Part shown: positions 29,680 to 39,209 of the stretch, piece after piece
Layout of the letters: the number at the start of each line of letters is the position of its first letter
Position numbering within the stretch: position 1 is the stretch's first letter
Source: Candidatus Pacearchaeota archaeon
Lineage (GTDB): Archaea > Nanobdellota > Nanobdellia > Pacearchaeales > GW2011-AR1
Direction: 5' to 3'
NCBI GenBank assembly: GCA_016204145.1
Contig: JACQLK010000016.1
Span: 9,181 to 73,180, forward strand
DNA: 64,000 bases
Notes under the pieces: model-generated
Seen by the model: the letters and a program-made list of their open reading frames with translations, nothing else
Databases searched by the model: none
What the model was told of the DNA's origin: nothing
Program-made: the position numbers and the translations under genes

Positions 29680-30909
29680 ATGAATGAAATGAAAAGAGGT
29701 TTGAACGTTCTCGTTTTAGTTGCATTTTTGCTCGCGTTTCAAATTGTTCCCGTTTCCGCAGACCCTTCTTTTTCCCCGTCATCATTTTCAATCAGCCCGG
29801 GACAAAATTCATCTTTTACAATTACGATAACAAATCCAGACACTTACGCGGACACGGGATTGGCAACAAACATTACAAGAGTAAACATTACTCTTCCTTC
29901 AAGCGTTGTTTTTGTCAGCGGGACGGAAAGCACCGACTCCGCCTCGGCATTTTCAGCGACTGCAAATGTTTTGTCATGGGACAATTCTTCTTATGTCATC
30001 GGCTCATCGACAGGGGGAGACAACGTGAAAACGTTTTCATTTGTCGCAAACGCAACAACTTTGGGAATCCTCGCAATTGTCGTGAGAACAATGAACTCGA
30101 CGACGACAACGACAAAAAATATTTCCCTCACTGTCTCGGACTCTGTCGCTCCGCAAGTAACGCTCGTCAGCCCGGAGAACAACAATGAAGATGCCGACGG
30201 GGTTCTCGTATTCAGCTGCAACGCAACAGACAACCTCGCGCTAAACTCAATGAAACTTGCAATTTACTTCAACGACAGCGAAACATACGGCAACAGCATA
30301 AGCGTAAACGGAACGGCAAGCAATCAGTCAAGTTGGGATTACACATTTAACTCAAACGGAGAATACAAATGGAACTGCTTCGCAAACGACACCGCGGGAA
30401 ATTCCGCATGGGCTTCAAACAGAACGATAAAAATAGACGCGCTTTCATTGTCGGCGCAGGCATGCGCCTCAAACTGGACATGCGCTAACTGGAGCGTTTG
30501 TTCAAACGGAACTCAAACAAGAACTTGCACTGATGCAAACTCCTGCGGAAACGTAACTGGAAAGCCGGCTGAAACGCAAACGTGCACTCCCCCTTGCGCT
30601 TCGTCGTGGAAATGCGCCGATTGGACCCCCGCAAAATGTCCAAAAGATGGAAAACAAACAAGAACTTGCACGGATGCAAACGCGTGCGGCGACTTGTCGG
30701 GAAAACCGTCTGAATCCCTGACTTGCGAATACAAAAGTTCAATTGGAATTTTTGTCGCCGCGGGAATAATCCTTGCTCTGATAGCGGGCAGTGTCGGAGC
30801 GTTTTTTTATCTGAGGAAAAACAAAGTCGATGAATTGTATCCGCAATCAACTGAAAACGCAAACCAAAATTATCCGCAAAATCAGGGATATAATTTCGAA
30901 TATTCTTGA
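29680..30909 (+). CDS. Cell-surface protein: signal peptide, Ig-like domains, two Cys/Trp (TSP1-like) repeats, C-terminal TM
   Basis: CASNWTCANWSVC...QTRTCTDANSCG and CASSWKCADW...QTRTCTDANACG; many N-x-S/T sites. Confidence 0.8.
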   Translation: MNEMKRGLNVLVLVAFLLAFQIVPVSADPSFSPSSFSISPGQNSSFTITITNPDTYADTGLATNITRVNITLPSSVVFVSGTESTDSASAFSATANVLSWDNSSYVIGSSTGGDNVKTFSFVANATTLGILAIVVRTMNSTTTTTKNISLTVSDSVAPQVTLVSPENNNEDADGVLVFSCNATDNLALNSMKLAIYFNDSETYGNSISVNGTASNQSSWDYTFNSNGEYKWNCFANDTAGNSAWASNRTIKIDALSLSAQACASNWTCANWSVCSNGTQTRTCTDANSCGNVTGKPAETQTCTPPCASSWKCADWTPAKCPKDGKQTRTCTDANACGDLSGKPSESLTCEYKSSIGIFVAAGIILALIAGSVGAFFYLRKNKVDELYPQSTENANQNYPQNQGYNFEYS

Positions 30910-30939
30910 ATTGTTCAATAAGTCATCACAATAAAATCT

Positions 30940-31045
30940 GCATCGCTTCGCTCATTATAAAAAAAATAATAACCCTAAATCTACTGATTTATGTTAACAT
31001 TGGTTTCCGGGGGTGGGCGAGTTAGGGGACTTGGCGATGGATAAG
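30940..31045 (+). repeat. Dispersed GTTAACA plus G-tract module
   Basis: gttaacattggtttccgggggtgggcgagttagggga; gcgagttagggga is shared with 42776-42788. Confidence 0.65.
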
Positions 31046-31141
31046 GAAAATATTTTGTTTAAGAAATAATTGAATTCTGTAATTTTTAAACAAAGCAAAA
31101 TATTCCTGAAGGTTTATAAATAACTTTTTCTTTAAAAAGCC

Positions 31142-31708
31142 ATGTCCGGAAAAAATTCCGCAAGCGCGTACCAAATCCAAAACATCGTCGCCACAACGTC
31201 CCTTGAAAAACCGGTTCCTCTTGTAAAACTCGCAAGAACCCAGCCAAACACGGAGTACAATCCAAAGACATTTCCCGGTTTGGTTTTAAGGGTAAAGGAG
31301 CCGAAATCGGCGGTTCTCGTATTCTCATCCGGAAACCTTGTCTGCACCGGAACAAAATCAATCGCCCAAGTGAAACAGGTCATTGACGTTGTCATAAAGC
31401 AATTGAGAAAAATAAACGTGAACGTCACCATAAAACCGAAGATAACGGTGCAAAACATCGTCGCTTCCGGAACGATAAATTTGAAATTGAACCTTAATTT
31501 TCTTGCGATTGAAATGGAAAACACGGAATACGAGCCGGAACAATTTCCGGGATTGGTTTACAAGCTGAACGAGCCGAACGCGACTTTTCTTTTGTTCAGC
31601 AACGGAAAACTCGTTTGCACCGGAACAAAAAACCGCCAACAATTGGAAGACAGCATGGACCAGCTTTTGAAAAACGTCAAAACCGCGCTGAAAAATTACA
31701 AGGGATGA
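31142..31708 (+). CDS. tbp: TATA-box binding protein
   Basis: Two repeats of IQNIVA...EY.P..FPGLV...F.SG.LVCTG. Confidence 0.97.
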   Translation: MSGKNSASAYQIQNIVATTSLEKPVPLVKLARTQPNTEYNPKTFPGLVLRVKEPKSAVLVFSSGNLVCTGTKSIAQVKQVIDVVIKQLRKINVNVTIKPKITVQNIVASGTINLKLNLNFLAIEMENTEYEPEQFPGLVYKLNEPNATFLLFSNGKLVCTGTKNRQQLEDSMDQLLKNVKTALKNYKG

Positions 31709-31728
31709 TATTAAAATTTTAAACAAAA

Positions 31729-32124
31729 TCAATTTCTTCTCATTCTTCTAAAATCGTTCCACTGGCGAAAATATCTCGTCACTTGTTCCGGGTCTATGAA
31801 ATAATATCCCGCTCTCTCAAAATATATCGCATTCGGATTCCATTCCGGGATGCCCTCTCGTTTGTCGTGGAAACTAAAAATTTTACCGGAACTTAAATCA
31901 GTTGTCTGCATGGACAAAATTGCGTTAGAATTCGACAACCTTGCTCTCTCTTCTGCATGAACATAAGAAATTCCTCTACCAAATTGAAATTTTGCTTCTC
32001 CGACATATCTGAAATTTTTCGCTTCTTCTCTGCCGTAAAAACGGGGATTGCAGAGGAATAATTTTCCTTCCTCAAGAAATAAATCAGCTATTAGGGGTTT
32101 TGTAAGACGAATAATTTGCTCCAT
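31729..32124 (-). CDS. Hypothetical protein
   Basis: 131-aa ORF downstream of tRNA-Thr. Confidence 0.5.
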   Translation of the reverse strand: MEQIIRLTKPLIADLFLEEGKLFLCNPRFYGREEAKNFRYVGEAKFQFGRGISYVHAEERARLSNSNAILSMQTTDLSSGKIFSFHDKREGIPEWNPNAIYFERAGYYFIDPEQVTRYFRQWNDFRRMRRN

Positions 32125-32170
32125 AAAATTGGGAATATAAGAGCGTTATAAATATTGCGATGCAAAACAA

Positions 32171-32242
32171 AGCCTCCGGAGAGAGTTGAACTCCCGACCC
32201 CCGGTTTACAAAACCGATGCTCTGCCACTGAGCTACGGAGGC
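32171..32242 (-). tRNA. tRNA-Thr(TGT)
   Basis: GCCTCCG...TCGGT-TT-TGT-AA-ACCGG...GTTCAACT...CGGAGGC-T. Confidence 0.93.
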
Positions 32243-32302
32243 GTATATAAAATTTAACAGAACGGGTTATTTAAAAGATTTCTTATTTCCAAAAAGAGAG
32301 AT

Positions 32303-32839
32303 TTACTTCTCTTTTTCAACTTTTATTATCCTTATCTCGCAAAGCGAAAGCGGATAAATCTTTTTCAGTTTCACGCTTAAATTTCTCTGAAGCTCGTTCC
32401 TTATCGCTTCTTCAAAAATCTCGTCTGATTTTTTTTCCTTGATGTAATTTGAAAGTTCCTCTCTCGCTTTCAGTCGCAAGGCGTTTCTTATTTTTCTGGA
32501 GACCTTTTTTCTTGTGACGAGAAACGGCTTCAGCGTCAAAGTGGCATTCTTGCATTCCGCGGAAAAAGAATCCTCGACGTAATCCGTCCCTTTCCTGACC
32601 ATTCTTCTCAAAAAATACGGAAGAATTTTTATCTGCCTCGGAATCGCAGTTATTTCCTTGCCGTCGGATTTTATCGTCAATTGAAACAGCGCGCTCTTGC
32701 CTTTCAAAAACCTCGTCAAATCGTAATTGATTATTCTGCCGTTCAATTCTTCTTGCTCGTAGGCCTGAAGTTGCGTTTCCTTTTTTATAATCGGAATTTC
32801 AATGTCAAAAAATCTTTTTTTCTTTTTCGCCTGCGCCAT
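32303..32839 (-). CDS. rps3ae: 30S ribosomal protein eS1 (S3Ae)
   Basis: LRRMVRKGTDYVEDSF, KKIYPL...EIR; GGAGG 9 nt before ATG 32839. Confidence 0.88.
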   Translation of the reverse strand: MAQAKKKKRFFDIEIPIIKKETQLQAYEQEELNGRIINYDLTRFLKGKSALFQLTIKSDGKEITAIPRQIKILPYFLRRMVRKGTDYVEDSFSAECKNATLTLKPFLVTRKKVSRKIRNALRLKAREELSNYIKEKKSDEIFEEAIRNELQRNLSVKLKKIYPLSLCEIRIIKVEKEK

Positions 32840-32931
32840 GCGAGACAACCTCCATGTTTTCTCGCGCTCTTTCCGTTTGGCGCGGAAGGGTGATTTCTTC
32901 CGACACCTTGACGGAAATCACGCAATGAAAA
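32840..32931 (-). promoter_or_regulatory. Structured leader of rps3ae that sequesters the Shine-Dalgarno sequence
   Basis: Hairpins gtgatttc/gaaatcac, cttccg/cggaaag and gcgaga-aaac-atggag-gttg-tctcgc directly before ATG. Confidence 0.6.
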
Positions 32932-32971
32932 TCACGCGGATTTTTCCTCCAATTTAATTTCTGTTTCCATT

Positions 32972-33289
32972 TTATTCCTGCAGTTGTTTTCCGCTCCTTT
33001 TATTTCTTCTGCCTTGTCGGTATTTTGATTTTCCGCAAACCGAGCAAGTGTACATTATGTTCGTCTTCTTCGTGATTTTGGATTTTCTCTTGAATTTTGA
33101 AACCGCGGGTTTGGAACCCCATTTTCCCTTGTTTCCAATCCCTCTTCCGAGTCCTCTTGCTTTAGCCCGGGTAATGCTTCCCCGAGTAAGCGTTCCTCTT
33201 TTTGCTCCCGTCGAAACGAGTTTTATTTTCTGCCCGGTTTTCTTGTTGCAATGAGAACAATATCTATTTGTGGTTTTTGGAATTTTCAT
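32972..33289 (-). CDS. rpl44e: 50S ribosomal protein eL42 (L44e)
   Basis: MKIPK...RYCSHC, K.TKK..I.YTCSVCGK. Confidence 0.9.
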   Translation of the reverse strand: MKIPKTTNRYCSHCNKKTGQKIKLVSTGAKRGTLTRGSITRAKARGLGRGIGNKGKWGSKPAVSKFKRKSKITKKTNIMYTCSVCGKSKYRQGRRNKRSGKQLQE

Positions 33290-33400
33290 TTTTAGTGTTG
33301 GAAAATTCTAAAGTTGCAGATTTCCTATTCAAAGGAGAATCTGTTCTTTGGAATATTCATTCAATCAAAAGAAAAAGTGCGTTTTTAAAGTTAAGGTTTA

Positions 33401-33472
33401 TGGTCCTGCGAGGAATTGAACCTCGGTCTCATCCACGTCAAGGACGCGTCTTAGCCGTTGGACTACAGGACC
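33401..33472 (-). tRNA. tRNA-Val(GAC)
   Basis: GGTCCTG...CGTCC-TT-GAC-GT-GGATG...GGTTCAATTCC...CAGGACC-A. Confidence 0.92.
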
Positions 33473-33559
33473 TTGAACCAAAAGAAAAAATTTGTTTATA
33501 AAATCTTTTAATTCTGTGCAATTCCATAATGTATATCAAATAACAACAAATCTTAATAA

Positions 33560-34249
33560 ATGCGGCGTCTTGAAATCCGGATGATTGAAAGAAAAAGCGA
33601 CGGAATTTATGAAAGGGAGAGTATGATCGTTTCGGAAGGATTTGTCGTTGCGGACAGTTACGAAAGGTTCGGTTTAAAAAATTCTCCGTTTGAAGAATAT
33701 TTGGACGTTCCAACTTTTTTTGTCTTCAAAATAAATGAGGGCCATCCGTTGGTGTTGTTGAATACCGGCGAGAGCATGAGAGTTTATCCGAAATCAGATT
33801 TTGACGCAATTCAAGAAAAAAAACACTACCGTTTTCCGGCTCAAATGGTAGAAGACAAAATCGCCCATGATTTGGCGGCGTTTATTCTCGCCCCGTACAA
33901 CGCTCCATACAGCCGCGACAAAAATGAAAAAGGGTTTAAAAAAATAAGCGATATCGCCGGAGAACAGGACTCATTTTTGGAAAATTCTCTGTTATATATT
34001 GAGCACGGAATAAGAATTGAATCTACAACTCAAATGGTATTCCCTGTGATGCCTTCGGGGGTTATGAATTATTTTTATAATTGGGTTAGAAGAGAACACG
34101 AAATAAGCCACTATGACGATAAACTGCATAAATTTGCAAGCGACGGCAAAATAAAAATTCCAGCCGATAATGCAAGAAGCTTAACTTCTAAAGTAAACGC
34201 TTTGCTTGAAGAAAGATTCGGCGTTCCGCTTTTGTTAAAAGGACATTAA
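33560..34249 (+). CDS. Hypothetical protein
   Basis: 229-aa ORF, no motif recognised. Confidence 0.55.
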   Translation: MRRLEIRMIERKSDGIYERESMIVSEGFVVADSYERFGLKNSPFEEYLDVPTFFVFKINEGHPLVLLNTGESMRVYPKSDFDAIQEKKHYRFPAQMVEDKIAHDLAAFILAPYNAPYSRDKNEKGFKKISDIAGEQDSFLENSLLYIEHGIRIESTTQMVFPVMPSGVMNYFYNWVRREHEISHYDDKLHKFASDGKIKIPADNARSLTSKVNALLEERFGVPLLLKGH

Positions 34250-34860
34250 TATCTCTCTTTATAACGTCCGCGTTTCTCGACTTTTTCAAGCTGTTTCAAG
34301 ACCTTTTCGAAATCTTTTGAAATTTTATATCCTTTCAAAACATCGTCAAATAAAATTTTCCAGTTCCCGAAATGCTTCGCTTCCAACGCCTCTTTCAAGA
34401 GATGCAAATCAACCGCCTTGTCTTCTATTTTCCGGCTGATAAAACCCAGTCCGAAATCGATAAAATAAACTTCCGCGTTTTTGAGAATCATGTTGCTTGT
34501 CGTCAAATCACCGTGAATGATGTCGGAATCGTGGAGCTTCGCAATGCTCTCTCCGATTTTTACGCATATTTCTCCCTGTTTTTCCCGTGAAAAACCGCCT
34601 AGATTATCGGAAAGTTTTTGTCCTGCAACAAAATCAAGAACTATTTCTTTTTTCAATTCGTCAATTTTTTCAACCTTTGGAACGGGAATTATTTTTGACG
34701 CCTTCTCAAGAAGTTTCGCCTCGCTCCTTGTCCTGAATTTTCGTATTTTTTCATCCAGTTCGTGAATGCGATAGGATTTTTTTATTCTTCTCTTTATCGC
34801 ATTTTTTCCTGCCATGAAAATCACCGCTTCGGCGCCGCGCTGAATTATTTTTTCTTGCAT
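34246..34860 (-). CDS. bud32: KEOPS complex kinase Bud32
   Basis: RGAEA, K.R..KSYR, IHGDLTTSN, IDFGL, EDKAVDL, RGRY. Confidence 0.95.
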   Translation of the reverse strand: MQEKIIQRGAEAVIFMAGKNAIKRRIKKSYRIHELDEKIRKFRTRSEAKLLEKASKIIPVPKVEKIDELKKEIVLDFVAGQKLSDNLGGFSREKQGEICVKIGESIAKLHDSDIIHGDLTTSNMILKNAEVYFIDFGLGFISRKIEDKAVDLHLLKEALEAKHFGNWKILFDDVLKGYKISKDFEKVLKQLEKVEKRGRYKERY

Positions 34861-34861
34861 C

Positions 34862-35263
34862 TTATACAAATTTTATTTTCTTCTCAAACAAAGAAATTCC
34901 AAAGGCGATTATGACGCTGAAATCCGCGACAAGGCAATATTTGCAATACGCCTTCAAAACAAAAATTTGCAGCGAAAGAAAATAAATTGCTATCAGCATC
35001 CCGACGAACAGCGACATTCTTATTAATTTTTCATTTTTGTTGTTTGGCTTGAATATCTGAATAATTATCGCAAGAGAAAGCAAAGAAAAAATCCCGACGC
35101 CGTAAACGCTGTTTTTTATTCCGAACATATAAGCATAAGTTGAATTTTGAATCACAGAACATCCTTGCTCAACATTGCATATTTCAGACAGCGGCTCGAA
35201 TGCAAGCACCACCGAACTTCCGAGGGCAAACAAAATAAAAACAAGCATGAACCAATATTTCAT
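34862..35263 (-). CDS. VKOR-family membrane oxidoreductase
   Basis: C.....C..I..S.YA..FG, C-terminal CKYC, TM helices. Confidence 0.88.
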   Translation of the reverse strand: MKYWFMLVFILFALGSSVVLAFEPLSEICNVEQGCSVIQNSTYAYMFGIKNSVYGVGIFSLLSLAIIIQIFKPNNKNEKLIRMSLFVGMLIAIYFLSLQIFVLKAYCKYCLVADFSVIIAFGISLFEKKIKFV

Positions 35264-35423
35264 CCCATTAAATCAAAAAGAAAATTTAAAAACCTTTATT
35301 CGGAGTTGTTGGTTAACATTTATTTTTGCAGGCAACTGGAAACTTACCATGCAATTGGAATTTATTTTTATTATTTTTTCTCAGGAGAATGAGAGGGATA
35401 AAAAAATAAATCTGACAAAATTC

Positions 35424-36794
35424 TCAAAATCTCATCTTTTTCCCGAATTTTTTCAGCATTTTTTGCATCTGCTTCTGGCTCAATCCCCCTGAAACGTCGC
35501 CGGAAGCCATTCCGGACTTGACCATGTCATTTAACATTTTGTATTGCTTCAAAAGCGAGCGAACATCAGACGTATTTACGCCGGCGCCTTTTGCTATCCT
35601 CGCAATTCGCGGCGTTTGTTTCTCGAGGATTTCCGGGTTCTCCTTTTCCTCTTTTGTCATTGATTTTAAAATATGCTCCCATTTGGAAATTTTTTCCTGC
35701 TGGGATTCCAGCATCCCTTCTGGGATTTTACCCTGAACTTTCGCAAATCCGGGAATCATTGATTTTATTTTTTCAAAACCGCCGAGAGAATTCATTGATT
35801 TCACTTGCTCAATAACATCTTCCAATCCTATTTTTCCGCTCTCAATTTTTTTCTGCATTTCTTTTTGCTTGTCTTCGTGAGTCACGGATTTTATCTTTTC
35901 AATCAGCGATTCCAAATCCCCCATTCCGAGCAATCTTGACAAAAACGCTTTCGGATTAAATTCCTCAATGTCGTTTATTTTTTCCCCTGTTGTTATGAAA
36001 TAAACTCCCGATTTTGTTTCGGCGCAGGCGGTCAAGGCGCCCCCGCCTTTCGCAGTGCTGTCCATTCTTGTGATTATTACTCCTGAAATTTTCACCGCTT
36101 CTGTGAATTCCTGCGCCTGTTTTTTCGCCGCCTGTCCTATGTCTGCGGGCATCACAAGTATTGATTCCGTCGGAGAAATTTCCCTGTTCAATGATTTTAT
36201 TTCCTTTATCAAGTCGTCGTCAAGGGTATGCCTTCCCGCCGTATCAACAATGACAACGTCGTATTTCTTTATTTCTCCTTCAAAATTCTTCCATATTTTC
36301 ATCGGGTTTTTTTCTTTTGCATCGATTAAATAATTCAACTTGTTTTTCTCCGCGAGTTGTTTCAATTGCTCAGAGGCCGCGGGACGATGAACATCCAAAC
36401 CGAGCAAAACGACCTTGTTCCCCCTTTTTGCAAAATAATTTCCAAGCTTCGCGACAGTCGTCGTCTTTCCGGCGCCGTAAAGTCCGAGAAGCATTATCCT
36501 GTTTTGCCCTTTTTGCAATTTCAGCTTTTTTTCTTCGCCGAGAATTTTCAAAAGCTCATCGTGAAGAATTTTTATCACGTGTTCTTTTTTGTCTATCTGC
36601 TTTATCCTTTCGTCCAACGCGACCGTTCTTATTTCCTCGCTCAGCTCTTTGACGAGGGAAACGTTCACATCCGCCTCTATCAAAGCCCGCTGCAAATCGC
36701 GGATTATCGAGTCGAGAAGGTTTTTGTCCAAAAAAATCGCGTTTGCTATTTTGTCCGTCGCCTTTCTTAGGACCTCGCCGAGTTTTTCAAGCAT
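35424..36794 (-). CDS. srp54: Signal recognition particle protein SRP54
   Basis: ALIEADVN, GKTTT, DTAGR, AKGGGAL, M domain; start ATG 36794. Confidence 0.96.
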   Translation of the reverse strand: MLEKLGEVLRKATDKIANAIFLDKNLLDSIIRDLQRALIEADVNVSLVKELSEEIRTVALDERIKQIDKKEHVIKILHDELLKILGEEKKLKLQKGQNRIMLLGLYGAGKTTTVAKLGNYFAKRGNKVVLLGLDVHRPAASEQLKQLAEKNKLNYLIDAKEKNPMKIWKNFEGEIKKYDVVIVDTAGRHTLDDDLIKEIKSLNREISPTESILVMPADIGQAAKKQAQEFTEAVKISGVIITRMDSTAKGGGALTACAETKSGVYFITTGEKINDIEEFNPKAFLSRLLGMGDLESLIEKIKSVTHEDKQKEMQKKIESGKIGLEDVIEQVKSMNSLGGFEKIKSMIPGFAKVQGKIPEGMLESQQEKISKWEHILKSMTKEEKENPEILEKQTPRIARIAKGAGVNTSDVRSLLKQYKMLNDMVKSGMASGDVSGGLSQKQMQKMLKKFGKKMRF

Positions 36795-36814
36795 TCGCCG
36801 ATTAAGTGCCCAAT

Positions 36815-36824
36815 ATTTATAAAT
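36815..36824. promoter_or_regulatory. Palindromic TATA box probably shared by divergent srp54 and MFS genes
   Basis: ATTTATAAAT lies about 21 nt from ATG 36794 (-) and from ATG 36845 (+). Confidence 0.55.
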
Positions 36825-36844
36825 TATCCTTGGCAATGTCAGTC

Positions 36845-37999
36845 ATGAAAAAAAGGGGGATTAATGGAAATTCCAAAAACATATGGCTTCTCGGAAGTTC
36901 AAGTTTTTTCAACGACATCGGAAGCGAAATGATTGACCTGATTCTCCCGTTTTACATCCTCTCGCTCGGCGGAGGAGGAATTGCGCTGGGTTTGATTTCC
37001 GGATTGAAAGAAGGCCTTTCAAGCATTTTCAAAATTTTCGGAGGATATGTTTCCGACAGGACGGGAAAAAGAAGGGTTTTTGTTTTTGTCGGATATTTTA
37101 TTTCCGCAATATTCAAATTTCTCATAGGACTTGCAAATTCGTGGCACTATCTGATCGGATTTGTTTCAATAGAACGCCTCGGAAAAGCGAGGGACGCTCC
37201 GAGGGACGCGATAATTTCCCAATCTGGAATCCAAACCGGAAGGAGTTTCAGCATAGTGCAGGCAATGGATACTCTCGGCTCCGTGGTCGGAACATTGATT
37301 GTTTTGTTCTTATTCTGGAAATTCTCTTTTTCTCTGAAAACAATAATTTTCGCGGCGGCGGGAATTTCCGCAATATCGTTGATTCCGCTTTTCTTTGTAA
37401 AAGAGCCGAAATTCAAAACGTCCGGGAAAAATCTTATTGACGGAATAGTCGATTTGAGGCCCGAGTTGAAATATTTTATTTTCGTCTCTTCGGTTTTCGC
37501 TTTCACAAACATCGGGCTTTACGCATTTTTCCTCGTCGTGGCAAAAAACGCGACAAACAGTTTCACTTACGCGACGATTCTCTATCTTTTTTTCACGGGC
37601 CTTTACGCGCTTTTCCTCGTTCCGTTTGGAAAACTCTCTGATAAAATCGGAAGGAAAAAAATTCTTCTCTCGGGTTATTTGCTTTTCTTTCTCGTGGCTG
37701 CAGGATTCGGCTCTTTCAAAAATGTTTTCCATCTTGCAATTTTATTCTCGCTTTACGGGCTTGTTTATGCGATGATTTACTCCAATCAAAAAGCGTTCGT
37801 ATCCGACGTTTCGGGAAAAATGAAAGGCACCGCGTTCGGATTTTTTCACATGATCACCGGACTTGCCGGAATCGGCGGCGGGATTGTCGCGGGGATTTTG
37901 TGGAACTCCAATCCGAAAATAATGTTTGTCTATCTGTCGGCAATGGCGCTCGTTTCCTTTTTTTTGCTTTGCTTTGTAAAGGAAAAAAAGAAGATGTAG
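36845..37999 (+). CDS. MFS transporter
   Basis: GYVSDRTGKRR and GKLSDKIGRKK (motif A), about 12 TM. Confidence 0.92.
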   Translation: MKKRGINGNSKNIWLLGSSSFFNDIGSEMIDLILPFYILSLGGGGIALGLISGLKEGLSSIFKIFGGYVSDRTGKRRVFVFVGYFISAIFKFLIGLANSWHYLIGFVSIERLGKARDAPRDAIISQSGIQTGRSFSIVQAMDTLGSVVGTLIVLFLFWKFSFSLKTIIFAAAGISAISLIPLFFVKEPKFKTSGKNLIDGIVDLRPELKYFIFVSSVFAFTNIGLYAFFLVVAKNATNSFTYATILYLFFTGLYALFLVPFGKLSDKIGRKKILLSGYLLFFLVAAGFGSFKNVFHLAILFSLYGLVYAMIYSNQKAFVSDVSGKMKGTAFGFFHMITGLAGIGGGIVAGILWNSNPKIMFVYLSAMALVSFFLLCFVKEKKKM

Positions 38000-38219
38000 T
38001 TTAATTTAACTGGAAAAAGCAGCTTCGCAATAATGATTGCTCAATATGGGAAGAAAATTAATTGCAAAAAGCATAATGACGCTGAACGGATTTAACATTA
38101 ATTTCCGTTTCCGCAGGACGGAAATCTTTTTGCGGGATTAAAATTTTCCAAGTAGATTGGAGGAGCGATTTCAGAAAAAATATTTAAACTTCTTTAGGTT
38201 GTTATAAAAAAGGGGTAAA

Positions 38220-38987
38220 ATGAAAAAACCGTATATAAAAAAAATCGCTGAAATCGCCGGGTTTAAAATATGGTATGTGAACGGATATTGGATAAGAAAA
38301 AATCTCGACCCGGCATTTACAAATTTCGGAGGGCACAGACATTTTGAATTCATACCAAAAGACGAATTGTGGATAGACAAGGAAAACGGCAGAACCGAGG
38401 CGCATTATTTCATCGAGAATTTTCTCGCAATCCAAAGAGAATTAAAAAAAGGCGAAACGTATCCCGAGGCGGTGGAAACGGCGAACAAAATAGAAATTCG
38501 GGAGAGAAATCGCTCGAAATTCCTAAAAAAAATCAGGAAGATAAAAGTAAAGGAAAAAATCCTCAAAAAAATATACAAAAAACCGCTGTTTGGGAAATAT
38601 ACAAAAAACCTGAAAATAAAAATCGTCCGCGGAAATCTCGTGCGTTCGCTGTTTTATCTGGATTTCACAGGCGGCGGACACGACAAAATTTACAGTTTCA
38701 TCCCTGAAGATGAAATATGGATTGACGACGACGTTTACAAAAAAGAGCGGGCTTTGGTTTTAATTCACGAACTCCATGAGAGGGCGTTGATGTCAAAAGG
38801 ATGGCCCTATGCTTCGACCGGACAAAAAGTATTCACAAGAAAAAAACAAACCGAAAAACGCTCCGCGCATTTCGCCGCGGAAGGGCTCGAGTATTGGTGC
38901 AGGAATCATCCAAAAAGCATAAAGAGGATTCTCCTTCGGGAAATAAGGGAGAACGAGCGGCTGATTAAAAAATCCGCGCAGGATTAA
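38220..38987 (+). CDS. Hypothetical protein with an internal domain duplication and putative metal site
   Basis: Two copies of G..hR......FT..G.H....FIP.DEhWID; second copy has IHELHE. Confidence 0.7.
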   Translation: MKKPYIKKIAEIAGFKIWYVNGYWIRKNLDPAFTNFGGHRHFEFIPKDELWIDKENGRTEAHYFIENFLAIQRELKKGETYPEAVETANKIEIRERNRSKFLKKIRKIKVKEKILKKIYKKPLFGKYTKNLKIKIVRGNLVRSLFYLDFTGGGHDKIYSFIPEDEIWIDDDVYKKERALVLIHELHERALMSKGWPYASTGQKVFTRKKQTEKRSAHFAAEGLEYWCRNHPKSIKRILLREIRENERLIKKSAQD

Positions 38988-39209
38988 TGTGCTCTGAACT
39001 TCCCAGGGGAGATTCTTTGCCGATTTTAAAAAAGATTAATGCAATAAAAATTTTCCGAAGATTATATAAGATGATGGCGCGATGAGTTCTTTTGAATATT
39101 AAAACGATTTTATCATCTCACAATTTCTTTCTGATTTTTGACCGTGAGCAACTTGCCAAACAATTGAAATTTATGATGTATTTTATCTTTTGGCGCTCCG
39201 TGTTGGATA

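Noticed and set aside
39120..39209. msrB C-terminus (KYIINFNCL versus RYCINS) past the IS right end
   Set aside because: Similarity too weak and out of frame with the N-terminal fragment
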